From IMG/VR virus record IMGVR_UViG_3300030107_003448, positions 1 through 64,000 of that record: DNA of 64,000 bases; one strand, written 5' to 3'. Positions 36,388-45,462 of the stretch are shown here, one piece after another. The notes beneath the pieces were generated by a model that was not told the DNA's origin, searched no databases, and saw nothing but the letters and a program-made list of their open reading frames with translations. The stretch comes from a virus. The position numbers and the translations under genes are program-made. Every line of letters begins with the position of its first letter. Positions within the stretch are counted from its first letter, which is position 1.

Positions 36388-36908
36388 GCAACATTTTAGT
36401 TAAAATGCCTGTGAAACCAAACAGACAAAAAGTATTTTGGAATAAAGGAGGAGAAGAAGCAGCCGCTCCTATGAAACTACAATCATGGGCTAATAAGGTA
36501 GCCTTTTCAGAAGGACTACAAGGAGAAGAAGCAGTCGCACGTAGAGATGAATTAATGAGGCAGGCTGTACAAGACCCAAAACAATTCAAAGAATTACAAT
36601 TTATGAGTGACCCAATTCCTTTTGATGACGTAGCAACTGATGCAGAAGCGGATTTCGCATTAAGAGAAGAAGAATTAGGGCAAGCAACCGAAGAAGGTAC
36701 AATACCAAATGAAACTCAAGAAGATATTGATGCTGATAAGAAAAGATTTGCAGAAGGTGCACCAGAAGAAGGAGCATCTGCAAGTGCTCCAGTTCCTACA
36801 GGACAAAGAAGCCTAGATGAATGGATGAGCGATGAAAAGAAAACTTCCTTTGACCCACACCCCGGAGACGTAATGCTAAAAGCCATCCGTGCACGTCTTG
36901 GATGGTGA
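36384..36908 (+). CDS. Acidic protein, N-terminus MSNILVK, with PIP-box-like QRSLDEW
   Basis: 174 aa; GAGGTGA SD. Confidence 0.7.
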   Translation: MSNILVKMPVKPNRQKVFWNKGGEEAAAPMKLQSWANKVAFSEGLQGEEAVARRDELMRQAVQDPKQFKELQFMSDPIPFDDVATDAEADFALREEELGQATEEGTIPNETQEDIDADKKRFAEGAPEEGASASAPVPTGQRSLDEWMSDEKKTSFDPHPGDVMLKAIRARLGW

Positions 36909-36920
36909 GGGGGATGAAGG

Positions 36921-38507
36921 ATGCCAATAGTTTACTCACCCGGTGAAGCAGAAGTAAGACCTCTTGACCCTACTGCTGTTGTATATACTACTGCACAAAG
37001 AGTAGCAGATTTACTTGAAATTGATAAACCAGAGCCAGTCTTAGTTTCTGCTAATTCTGACACTGGGGCTATGTATATTCTTGGCTCTGATTTAAGAGAA
37101 CATGGTTTTGAAGCAGGAGATACTGTATTTGTATACAGCGATGCAGACCCTGTTGGTGAAACATTAACAATTAACACAGTAGCAAGTAGTGCAGGAGGAG
37201 ATAGTGCAGGTGTAGGATATGTTAAAATTACATTTACTACTAGCCCTTTAACTGCTGCTGATTATCAAGTAGCAGATAATGCATATATTCAAAATCAAGC
37301 AAGTTTCACAAATCGTAAAGGCAGAGGAGTTACTAAATCTAAAGTAGAAAATCTTATTCTTCGTGCCCAAGATATTATCGATAATAAAACACATAATTCT
37401 TGGAGACCATATTTGGTTGCTGGAGAATACCTTAATTTTGATACATATAAGCCATATAGAAGGCGATATTATACAGATTATGTAGGTACAGCCCCTCTTT
37501 TATTCCGTAATGTTCAACAAATCCTTCGTCTTGAATTATGGCAAGGTGACGATTATAGGGAAATAGGAGCAGCAGAAGCACGAATTCATTTACCCGAAGA
37601 TGTAAGAGCCATTTCTGGTTCTATTGTGATGTCTCCCGGTAATGGTAGTGCGGCTACACTTACTGCTGGAACTAGTAGTGCACAATGGAGAGCAGACTTT
37701 GATTCAACAACTACTGCTCAAAATCTTGCTGACTTAATTAACAAAGAAGATAGAGTAAGTAAAGGCCAAGTTGCATTTTCTCCTACTTTTACATTAGAAG
37801 GTAGTTCTAATCCTGTAGCAATTCATAATGAGTTTTTGGCAAGTGCTAATTCTGATTATGGAACTGGTAAAGTTAAAGTCACTAGTATGAGACCAGTAAA
37901 AGCAGGAGAGAGTTGCTCTATTGTTACTACAGATAGTAGTATTACATTTAAAGAAACTTCAACCCATACTGCTACTGTTACTAGTGTTGTCTCTACTACA
38001 ATTAACGTAGACTCTACTGCGGATTTTGCAACTGCTGGAGTTTGTGTAAAAGGAGATACTGTCTTTAGGTATACAGGAAAAACAGCAACAAGTTTTACTG
38101 GTTGTGTATCAGTTACAGGTAGCCCTATTGCTGATATTACTGCAACTATTACTCAAGATACATTTGTGGTAGACCTCCAAGGAGGCAGCAGTAGTGGAGA
38201 TAGTGGCCGTCTTAGAGATTGGTGGTATGATGCAGAAATGGGTATTATTTATTTTAACAACTCATATCCTTTCTTTGAATGGAATGCTATTAAAGTAGCA
38301 TATATTTATGGAGAAAGATATATAGAAAAAGCCATTGAAGATGTATGCACTAAGATGGTCGCAATTGAATTGTTAATGAGTGATGACCGTAGTGTGCTTA
38401 TTCCAGAGGGTACACAGAATGTTGATTTAACATCTAAAATACAACTCTGGCAAAAAGACATTGAAACTATATTACCCCGATACCGAGAAGTGGTGGTGTT
38501 TGAGTAA
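36921..38507 (+). CDS. Head-tail adaptor-like protein with inserted beta domains
   Basis: N-terminal YTTAQRVADLL, LILRAQDIIDNKT, C-terminal IEDVCTKMVAIELL typical of adaptors; position. Confidence 0.6.
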   Translation: MPIVYSPGEAEVRPLDPTAVVYTTAQRVADLLEIDKPEPVLVSANSDTGAMYILGSDLREHGFEAGDTVFVYSDADPVGETLTINTVASSAGGDSAGVGYVKITFTTSPLTAADYQVADNAYIQNQASFTNRKGRGVTKSKVENLILRAQDIIDNKTHNSWRPYLVAGEYLNFDTYKPYRRRYYTDYVGTAPLLFRNVQQILRLELWQGDDYREIGAAEARIHLPEDVRAISGSIVMSPGNGSAATLTAGTSSAQWRADFDSTTTAQNLADLINKEDRVSKGQVAFSPTFTLEGSSNPVAIHNEFLASANSDYGTGKVKVTSMRPVKAGESCSIVTTDSSITFKETSTHTATVTSVVSTTINVDSTADFATAGVCVKGDTVFRYTGKTATSFTGCVSVTGSPIADITATITQDTFVVDLQGGSSSGDSGRLRDWWYDAEMGIIYFNNSYPFFEWNAIKVAYIYGERYIEKAIEDVCTKMVAIELLMSDDRSVLIPEGTQNVDLTSKIQLWQKDIETILPRYREVVVFE

Positions 38508-38923
38508 TGCCCGATAATAGCGTGCAAGTGGGTTCTAAGTTTTTCCCTGCTGACCCTAAATTTGAACCAGATAAATGGGAAAAAGAAACAATTGGTAGAG
38601 ACCCTACATCTCGTGCTTATGCTAAAGACTTAAGAAAAGAGTTTGATATAACTACTAATGCTCAAATGATGCAAGAGACATTAGACCAAATGAGGAATAG
38701 TGACCCTGCTAAAAAACAACGATTAATGAATATAGAAGCACAAAATGAAGATTATTTCATAAGTGAAACAGGAGGATATATACATGCAGATAGTAAGAGG
38801 CCAGCGACAGAAGGAGCAATTAAAAAATGGGAAACAAGAGTTAATCGCACCTTAGTTCTAAATCACCCTTCAATGAGAGACTTTCCACCATATGCCCGTG
38901 ATGCAATAAGGAGGGCTGCATAA
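38507..38923 (+). CDS. Hypothetical neck-region protein
   Basis: 138 aa, TAATG coupling. Confidence 0.65.
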   Translation: MPDNSVQVGSKFFPADPKFEPDKWEKETIGRDPTSRAYAKDLRKEFDITTNAQMMQETLDQMRNSDPAKKQRLMNIEAQNEDYFISETGGYIHADSKRPATEGAIKKWETRVNRTLVLNHPSMRDFPPYARDAIRRAA

Positions 38924-39372
38924 TGGTAGCAACATGGACAGAAACAATCCCTTTAGTAAAAGGGCTATTAGATGATGGATGGAATAGAGGTAACACAAAT
39001 AACATTAAACCTATTATTCAAGATATTGCAGAAATAGCACCAGAGAGAGGAAAGCGTTTAGACCTCAATAAACACGATTATGTGTTGATTTATGAGACAG
39101 CACATAACGAAGAAGCACCAGAACTATTCTATGATTTTGTAACAACTCGTGTAAATCTAACTGTAGATATGAGAACAATAAGAAGCAGAGAACATTTATA
39201 CAAGATGGAAAATGAAGTGCGGAGAGTTATACACGCAAACAGAAAGGGAGATGCGACCAATTATGACCGTTTACTATTTAAAGTAAGGACAGATTTGAGT
39301 GACAGAACTAAGCGCTTATGGCGGTTTACATTTCAAATCGAGGTCATTACATTTGCAGAATTGATTCCATAA
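38923..39372 (+). CDS. Probable tail terminator/completion protein
   Basis: 149 aa immediately before tail tube; VNLTVDMRT..EVRRVI..RFTFQIEV pattern. Confidence 0.55.
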   Translation: MVATWTETIPLVKGLLDDGWNRGNTNNIKPIIQDIAEIAPERGKRLDLNKHDYVLIYETAHNEEAPELFYDFVTTRVNLTVDMRTIRSREHLYKMENEVRRVIHANRKGDATNYDRLLFKVRTDLSDRTKRLWRFTFQIEVITFAELIP

Positions 39373-39410
39373 GGTTTAGAGGCTAATTAGTTATCGGAGG
39401 GACGAAGCGC

Positions 39411-41942
39411 ATGCCATCAACAGTATACAAGGGAGATTTAGCAGAAGTAACAATGGGTCACGAAAGTGGTCTATATATCGAAGATGACCATTGGGGAGCA
39501 TTAGTTTTTACAACATCAGCAGGGACTGGAGATTCTTCAATTATTACTTTTTCTGGCACAAGTAGTCACGCTACTGGCTATCTTTTTGATAGTAGCCATA
39601 GATTACTTTATCCAACTAATATGCTTGTAGGAGCACGTTTAATTGTAAAAGGTGGTGGAAATTTTGGGGATGATGATTGGGAGGCTACTGGTAGAGAATA
39701 TACAATTATCGCTAATAGTCTTACTACAATCACAGTATCTCCTGCTATGAAGTATACTGGTGGTTCTGATACTGGTGATGTTCTTATTATACCTGCATTT
39801 AGTGTGCCTTCGCCAGATGTAACTAATACATCTTATGCTGTTGGAACATCAGCAAAAGAAGCCAAAGAATCATTACTTACAGACCAATTTATTGGAATTG
39901 CTGGAACAGTAGGATTACCAGAAACTAAAGTAGATTTGAAACGTTATCATGTAGTTGGTGTCGGTAGAGATGTTGTAGTACAAGCGCCGGGTAAATTCAC
40001 TAATGAAGGAGGTTCATTGGAAGTTATGGTAAATAATGCTAGATGGTTTTATTATTGTTTAGGTAAAATGTCATCTGTCCCAAGCCATAAAGCACTTATC
40101 GAAGCGTCTAATTGGTACACAACTGCACCAATTGCTTCTGCACTTGATGCAGGACAGATATATATTGATACACCAGATAGAACCCTAAAAACAACTGCTG
40201 GTTCTACTCTTGCTCCCGGCCACTATGTGTATATTAGAGACGGTAATGCAGGTTCAGATGCTAACGATGTTGTCGGTTCTAATTTGCTACCTATACATCA
40301 ACATAAAGAAGTGAATTTGGCTACCGCAGGTGATGTGACAAGTAGCCCTTCTTATTTTGGTTCATTACATTCTGCTAATGTACCTAGCCACGATGCGCCC
40401 CATTTTGATGCAACTGGTAGGTCTGAAATTAGAAGAATCGCAGCGATAGATACTGATAACGATAGAATTTATTTAGATGAACCGCTTTGTTTTTCACATA
40501 AAGTATCAGCAACAACTACTACAATCAACGATGTTAGTGGATATGCAATAGGAGAAACTGGTGCGATGACTGTAGATGAAGGGGGCAGTGCTGGTGTAGC
40601 ATTACAACACTTTGCAGTAGGAGATACTATTTTTACGGCTAATGGTGCTGAAATTGGAGTTTTAACTGCTGTTACAGATACCCAACTTACTTGCGGTGGG
40701 GGCACTAGAACAGCAGTTGCGAATAATGATATTATACATTTATCTGCTATTTCGTTCCTTGAATTTAGAGCGGCTGTAGCAAATACTACTATAAAAATAA
40801 ATAATGGTGGAGGATATGCAGTAGGAGAAACTGGTGCTATGACTGTAGACACTACTAACCCTAATACAATATTGGCTGTTGGGACAACTCTTTACAATGC
40901 TAGTGGTGGAATACTAGGTAAAGTTACAGTAATGGCTTCTAATTCAATTACAATAGGCGGTGGATTAGAAATAGCAGTAATTGATAACCAAGATTTGTAT
41001 TGGATGAGAAGCCCTAATATTACTTCTGATGGAGAATTAGGAGATTCTGTAGACCATCTTATATTTAGTAAAGATACTATTCCGTCTTTTTCAATTGAGA
41101 CATCTCTGCGTAGCCGTGATGTAGGGGCGTATAACCAAGAAGATGCTTCTAATGCGCCGGGTAGTTCTACTGATGCTAAAATATTGACTAGAGTATTCCG
41201 TGGTTGTAAAGTAAAAGATTGGTCTTTAACTGCTGATACAGATGCCGCAGTAAAAATGAGTGTGAATTTTGATTCGGCTTATTGTTATACTGATACTGGT
41301 AGACTAGAAGCAACAGCCTCTAATCGTGGTGACCGATTACAAGCACATAGAATGTTTGAAAATACAGCCAATACATTAGAAGCACGTAAAGAATCTGGTA
41401 TTGCTCAATATGGACAAAAACCATATTTCTTTTACAATGGCACACTTACTGTTGGTGGAGTAGCAATAGCACAAGTAACTAACTTTACCCTAAGTGGAAG
41501 CACTGGTGTAACTTATCATCACACAATTCGTGGCACACCAGCCGCTAGTAGCACAGGTATGACTGGAGCAGCAGGTCATGTTTTATCTACAGAACAAGTG
41601 CCATTTGGTGGTAGCCGTAATGCCTCTTTAGCAGTTGAAGGAAAAGAAACCTTTGATTTGAATATGGAAGTTATCGTAGATGACCCAATTTTCTGGCATC
41701 ATATGAGAACTACAACTGAATTTAATAATGCTATTGGTTCTAATGCAGATGGTATAGTTTTGAAATTACACAAACAAGGAGCAGGTACAAGTAGAGAACG
41801 TATGACAATAATTATAGATGATTTCTTTATTACAGAAGCACCTTTACCGATTCCAGAAGATAAAGGTGTAATCCGCAGCAGTCTAAAAATTGCACCAAAG
41901 CATGTGCGTATTTTGGCTACTGATACATTGTATCATTATTGA
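39411..41942 (+). CDS. Major tail (tube) protein enlarged by inserted beta modules
   Basis: PSFSIET..RVFRGCKVKDWSL, VTNFTLSG, FDLNMEV tube-like motifs; upstream of chaperone and tape measure. Confidence 0.7.
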   Translation: MPSTVYKGDLAEVTMGHESGLYIEDDHWGALVFTTSAGTGDSSIITFSGTSSHATGYLFDSSHRLLYPTNMLVGARLIVKGGGNFGDDDWEATGREYTIIANSLTTITVSPAMKYTGGSDTGDVLIIPAFSVPSPDVTNTSYAVGTSAKEAKESLLTDQFIGIAGTVGLPETKVDLKRYHVVGVGRDVVVQAPGKFTNEGGSLEVMVNNARWFYYCLGKMSSVPSHKALIEASNWYTTAPIASALDAGQIYIDTPDRTLKTTAGSTLAPGHYVYIRDGNAGSDANDVVGSNLLPIHQHKEVNLATAGDVTSSPSYFGSLHSANVPSHDAPHFDATGRSEIRRIAAIDTDNDRIYLDEPLCFSHKVSATTTTINDVSGYAIGETGAMTVDEGGSAGVALQHFAVGDTIFTANGAEIGVLTAVTDTQLTCGGGTRTAVANNDIIHLSAISFLEFRAAVANTTIKINNGGGYAVGETGAMTVDTTNPNTILAVGTTLYNASGGILGKVTVMASNSITIGGGLEIAVIDNQDLYWMRSPNITSDGELGDSVDHLIFSKDTIPSFSIETSLRSRDVGAYNQEDASNAPGSSTDAKILTRVFRGCKVKDWSLTADTDAAVKMSVNFDSAYCYTDTGRLEATASNRGDRLQAHRMFENTANTLEARKESGIAQYGQKPYFFYNGTLTVGGVAIAQVTNFTLSGSTGVTYHHTIRGTPAASSTGMTGAAGHVLSTEQVPFGGSRNASLAVEGKETFDLNMEVIVDDPIFWHHMRTTTEFNNAIGSNADGIVLKLHKQGAGTSRERMTIIIDDFFITEAPLPIPEDKGVIRSSLKIAPKHVRILATDTLYHY

Positions 41943-41951
41943 GGTGACAGA

Positions 41952-42368
41952 ATGGCTAGAATTTACATGAATCCATCTACTGCTCAAAACATGATGAAAT
42001 CTATAGATGACCCGTCATGGGTTAAATCTGCTAAAGAAGTATTAGCATCAGCCGATACATTTGACCCAGAAGCAGGTAAAGCAACCGATGTTCCTTTTGT
42101 AGAAGAAGTTACAGACGAATATGATAACCTTACTGTTGCTGAATTAAAAGAATTATTAAAAGCAAGAGGGTTATCTATTGCTGGCGTTAAAGCCGACCTT
42201 ATCCAACGTTTGCGTCTCGATGATGCAAATACATCAAATTCCACCGAAGCCCCCGTTGAAGAAGCGGCTGTTGAGGAGGAAACGGAAGCACCATCCACGC
42301 AAGAGGATGCTGTTACCAATGAAGCCAATGAAGGTGAAGTAAGTGAGTCAAAGGAGAATAGCGGATAA
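41952..42368 (+). CDS. SAP-domain protein with acidic tail
   Basis: LTVAELKELLKARGLSIAGVKADLIQRL. Confidence 0.8.
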   Translation: MARIYMNPSTAQNMMKSIDDPSWVKSAKEVLASADTFDPEAGKATDVPFVEEVTDEYDNLTVAELKELLKARGLSIAGVKADLIQRLRLDDANTSNSTEAPVEEAAVEEETEAPSTQEDAVTNEANEGEVSESKENSG

Positions 42369-42726
42369 AAATACACTAATAAGAAATGAACAAACAGTGC
42401 AAAAGCATGAAATTGAAACAGACCCAGAAGACCCCGATGTCTTTATGGAGGTCTGGATTAAAGAATTAACATTTCTGGACATACAAAAAGCAGCACAGAA
42501 TATGCTAAAATTAAATGATTCCGGAGGAGTTGATTTTTCTTTTGAAGGTTATTGGTCACATGCTTTTGAAAATTTCATAGTGAAAACAAACCCTCCTATG
42601 ACAACACAAGAATTATTAAATCTCAAAGGATTTGTCGGTGACAAACTCTCTAAAGTGCTTCCTCAACCTAATGAATTAGTGGAGGAAATGCAAGGGGGGT
42701 TTCACAACGCTACCGAGACAGAGTAA
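42343..42726 (+). CDS. Tail assembly chaperone (lambda G-like)
   Basis: 127 aa between tube and tape measure; AGGTGA before GTG; GGGGGGTTT near 3' end. Confidence 0.7.
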   Translation: MSQRRIADKNTLIRNEQTVQKHEIETDPEDPDVFMEVWIKELTFLDIQKAAQNMLKLNDSGGVDFSFEGYWSHAFENFIVKTNPPMTTQELLNLKGFVGDKLSKVLPQPNELVEEMQGGFHNATETE

Positions 42727-43001
42727 AGAGATTCTTATCTCAAAAACAGGTAGCGAGCCCAGAAGACCACGCTTTACATTTAGAATATTGGGCGGTAATA
42801 ATTGCTCAACATTTTCATATTTCTCCAATGGAGGTTTATTCAATGCCTCCTTTAATGGTACAGAAATTATTAGGATGGGTATTAGCACTAACTGATGAGA
42901 GGGAGAGGATGATGCAAGAAACTAAAGGAAAAAGCAGCACTACAAGCAAAGATGTTGTAAGCCTTGACTATTCTGCTTGGTTCAACGAGGAGGGCATCTA
43001 A
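42693..43001 (+). CDS. Frameshift extension (lambda GT-like) of tail chaperone, -1 frame
   Basis: -1 frame open 42675-43001 with no early ATG: VSQRYRDRVKRFLS...IAQHFHISPMEVYSMP...WFNEEGI*; stop overlaps tape-measure ATG. Confidence 0.7.
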   Translation, partial: RGVSQRYRDRVKRFLSQKQVASPEDHALHLEYWAVIIAQHFHISPMEVYSMPPLMVQKLLGWVLALTDERERMMQETKGKSSTTSKDVVSLDYSAWFNEEGI

Positions 43002-44263
43002 TGGTAGCAGTATCGGCGGCAGTTACTTTGGCTAATGCTTTTTCGGCAGCAAGTGCTGGTGCTGCTAAAGTTCAACAAAAAATAACTGAAATAAGTAATA
43101 CTTTGAGCACTAAATGGAATGAATTCAAAAACAAAGTTAAAGAAAATTGGCCAGATGTTTTAACTAAATCATATTGGACTAATGAAGAAGGGACAGGAGT
43201 ATTTGATTTTAATATTGATTGGGGAGCGTTATTTGCGTGGATTCCAGAAGGAATATTCACTAAGGCATATTGGACTAATGACGAGGGGTCGGGTGTTTTA
43301 GACTTCGATATAGATTGGGGCGCATTATTTTCATGGGTCCCAGAAGGAATTTTTACAAAAGCATATTGGAGTAATGATGAAGGTACTGGTGTTTTAGATT
43401 TTGATATAGATTGGGGTGCTTTATTTTCATGGGACCCTTCTCCCAATAGTGTTTTTCATGAAGATTATTGGTTTAATGACGAAGGTACAGGAGCATTAGA
43501 TTTTGATATAGATTGGGGTGCTTTGTTTAGTTGGGTGCCCGATGGCATTTTTACTAAAGATTATTGGACAAATAATGAAGGGACAGGTGTATTAAATTTT
43601 GATATAGATTGGGGAGGAATATTCTCATGGGTGCCTACTGGTGTCTTTTCAAAAACATATTGGACAAACAACGAAGGCACAGGTGTATTAGATTTTGATA
43701 TAGATTGGGATGGTATTTTTTCTTTTTCTCTACCCGCAATATTAACTAAAGATTATTGGACAAATAATGAAGGCACAGGTGTATTAGATTTTAATATCGA
43801 TTGGAGTGAAATATGGAGTGGTTTTATTCCAGATTGGTTAGAAGATTTTAGTATAGGAGATAGTATGAATGCTATAGGAGATACTCTTTGGAGCGCTGTA
43901 AAAGGCCCTTTAAACGATATGATTGGCGGACTTAATTCATTGGTGGCTTATGATTTACCAGTGATTGGTCCTATACAAGATTTAGAATTATTAAGCGGTA
44001 TGTTTCCTATCCCTGCATTGGCGGCAGGTGGTGTAGTAACAGGTCCTACTCTTGCTATGATTGGTGAAGCAGGACCAGAAGCCGTAATACCATTAGATAG
44101 GTCTGGTTTACAAACTGGTAGTCAAACTTTCAATATGTCATTCAACTTAAGTGGTATGACAGACCGTTCAGATAAAAGACAAATGGCTCGTGAAATCAGT
44201 GATTTAATTCAACAAGAATTGAGAAGAACTGTGGGAGCAAATACAACAAGAGGTAGGTTCTAA
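43001..44263 (+). CDS. Short tape-measure-like protein with seven 32-aa Trp-rich repeats
   Basis: Position; C-terminal LAAGGVVTGPTLAMIGEAGPEAVIPL motif typical of tape-measure proteins. Confidence 0.75.
   Translation: MVAVSAAVTLANAFSAASAGAAKVQQKITEISNTLSTKWNEFKNKVKENWPDVLTKSYWTNEEGTGVFDFNIDWGALFAWIPEGIFTKAYWTNDEGSGVLDFDIDWGALFSWVPEGIFTKAYWSNDEGTGVLDFDIDWGALFSWDPSPNSVFHEDYWFNDEGTGALDFDIDWGALFSWVPDGIFTKDYWTNNEGTGVLNFDIDWGGIFSWVPTGVFSKTYWTNNEGTGVLDFDIDWDGIFSFSLPAILTKDYWTNNEGTGVLDFNIDWSEIWSGFIPDWLEDFSIGDSMNAIGDTLWSAVKGPLNDMIGGLNSLVAYDLPVIGPIQDLELLSGMFPIPALAAGGVVTGPTLAMIGEAGPEAVIPLDRSGLQTGSQTFNMSFNLSGMTDRSDKRQMAREISDLIQQELRRTVGANTTRGRF
43163..43840 (+). repeat. About 96-bp tandem repeat x7 (TKxYWTNxEGTGVLDFDIDWGxLFSWVPxGIF)
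   Basis: Seen in translation and DNA; third unit is 2 aa longer. Confidence 0.9.
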
Positions 44264-45453
44264 TGGCTTCGACAGGTGTACCCATTCGTTTAGTTAGAAA
44301 TGATGGTGAACTTATTCCTTTAATGGCTGAAAATATAACTTTTACAGTCGATAGAAGTGTGCCTACTATGTCTATGCCTTTGACTGGAAATACTAGAGTA
44401 GGTATGGATTTGAATCGGTCTAAAGCAATGATTGTCGTAACTGGAATATTAACAGACGATGAATCAAATCTTATTCAAACAGGTTCATATTCCAAAGCCA
44501 CTGTTGATTTTTCTTTTACACAAACAAATGGTCAAACTTGGTATCATAGTGATTTTGCTTCTGATTCTAATTTTACCAGAACGTTAGGCATATATTCCGA
44601 TGAAGGTAGTAAAAACTTTGTTTTTTATTTAGATAGCAGTGTGTCTATTGGTACGGGAGTAAGTAGCATGGGAGTTGGTAATACAATAGTAAAAGTGCCT
44701 GTGGGAGGTGCGTCAAGTGCCAGTGCTATTACTGCTAAATTAGTAACTGCGATTACTCAAACTAGTCATCCTACTGGCTATAGCGCAGGGCAAAGACCGG
44801 GTGATTTTTTTACAGCCACACAAGCAAATAGTTCAAGAAATAGTTCTAGTGTAGGAACTAATGCTGTTCTTGAAATTACACATAAAAAAATTGGACCAAC
44901 AAAGAGTAGTACACCTAACTGGGGAGGAGGATGGGGTGTTGGTAATGAGACTTATTGGAAACATCCTTACATTACTACATTTGCTGGAGGCAGTGAAAAT
45001 GTAGGAAAATCGGCAGGAGATAAAGCCATGGATTTGTATGGCACATTAAACAATATGAATAACGGTGGTGCTGTTGGGGGTAGTCTTACTTGGATAGCAG
45101 GATTATTCGGTGTTGATGATGAAGAAGGTTGGGGTGGGCCGCAAGCCGCTTTAGATAATAAATATGGAGATTATATTATAGGTATTCAAATCCCTTATGA
45201 TTCTAAAGTTCAAGCGACTACAGGAACAGTCCAACGTAATTTTTTCATGCCCACAGGAGGCTCTCATACAAGACATAGTAAAGGCTCTACAGCAAATGAA
45301 AATGAAGTCAGTGTGGATTTTAACCCATATTGGAAAGAAGGAGACTATACTGGAATAAAAGGCACTGTTAAACAATTCCAAATGAGTTATGATGCTGGTG
45401 AAACAGTTTATAATTACCAACTATCATTTTTACCAGTTGATTGGATTTTATGA
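44263..45453 (+). CDS. Distal tail / baseplate protein with insertion
   Basis: 396 aa directly after tape measure (TAATG coupling). Confidence 0.55.
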   Translation: MASTGVPIRLVRNDGELIPLMAENITFTVDRSVPTMSMPLTGNTRVGMDLNRSKAMIVVTGILTDDESNLIQTGSYSKATVDFSFTQTNGQTWYHSDFASDSNFTRTLGIYSDEGSKNFVFYLDSSVSIGTGVSSMGVGNTIVKVPVGGASSASAITAKLVTAITQTSHPTGYSAGQRPGDFFTATQANSSRNSSSVGTNAVLEITHKKIGPTKSSTPNWGGGWGVGNETYWKHPYITTFAGGSENVGKSAGDKAMDLYGTLNNMNNGGAVGGSLTWIAGLFGVDDEEGWGGPQAALDNKYGDYIIGIQIPYDSKVQATTGTVQRNFFMPTGGSHTRHSKGSTANENEVSVDFNPYWKEGDYTGIKGTVKQFQMSYDAGETVYNYQLSFLPVDWIL

Positions 45454-45462
45454 GGTTTTAAT

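Noticed and set aside
43163-43840. CRISPR-like or DGR-like repeats
   Set aside because: In-frame coding tandem repeats with synonymous variation; no spacers, no reverse transcriptase, no adenine-specific pattern noticed
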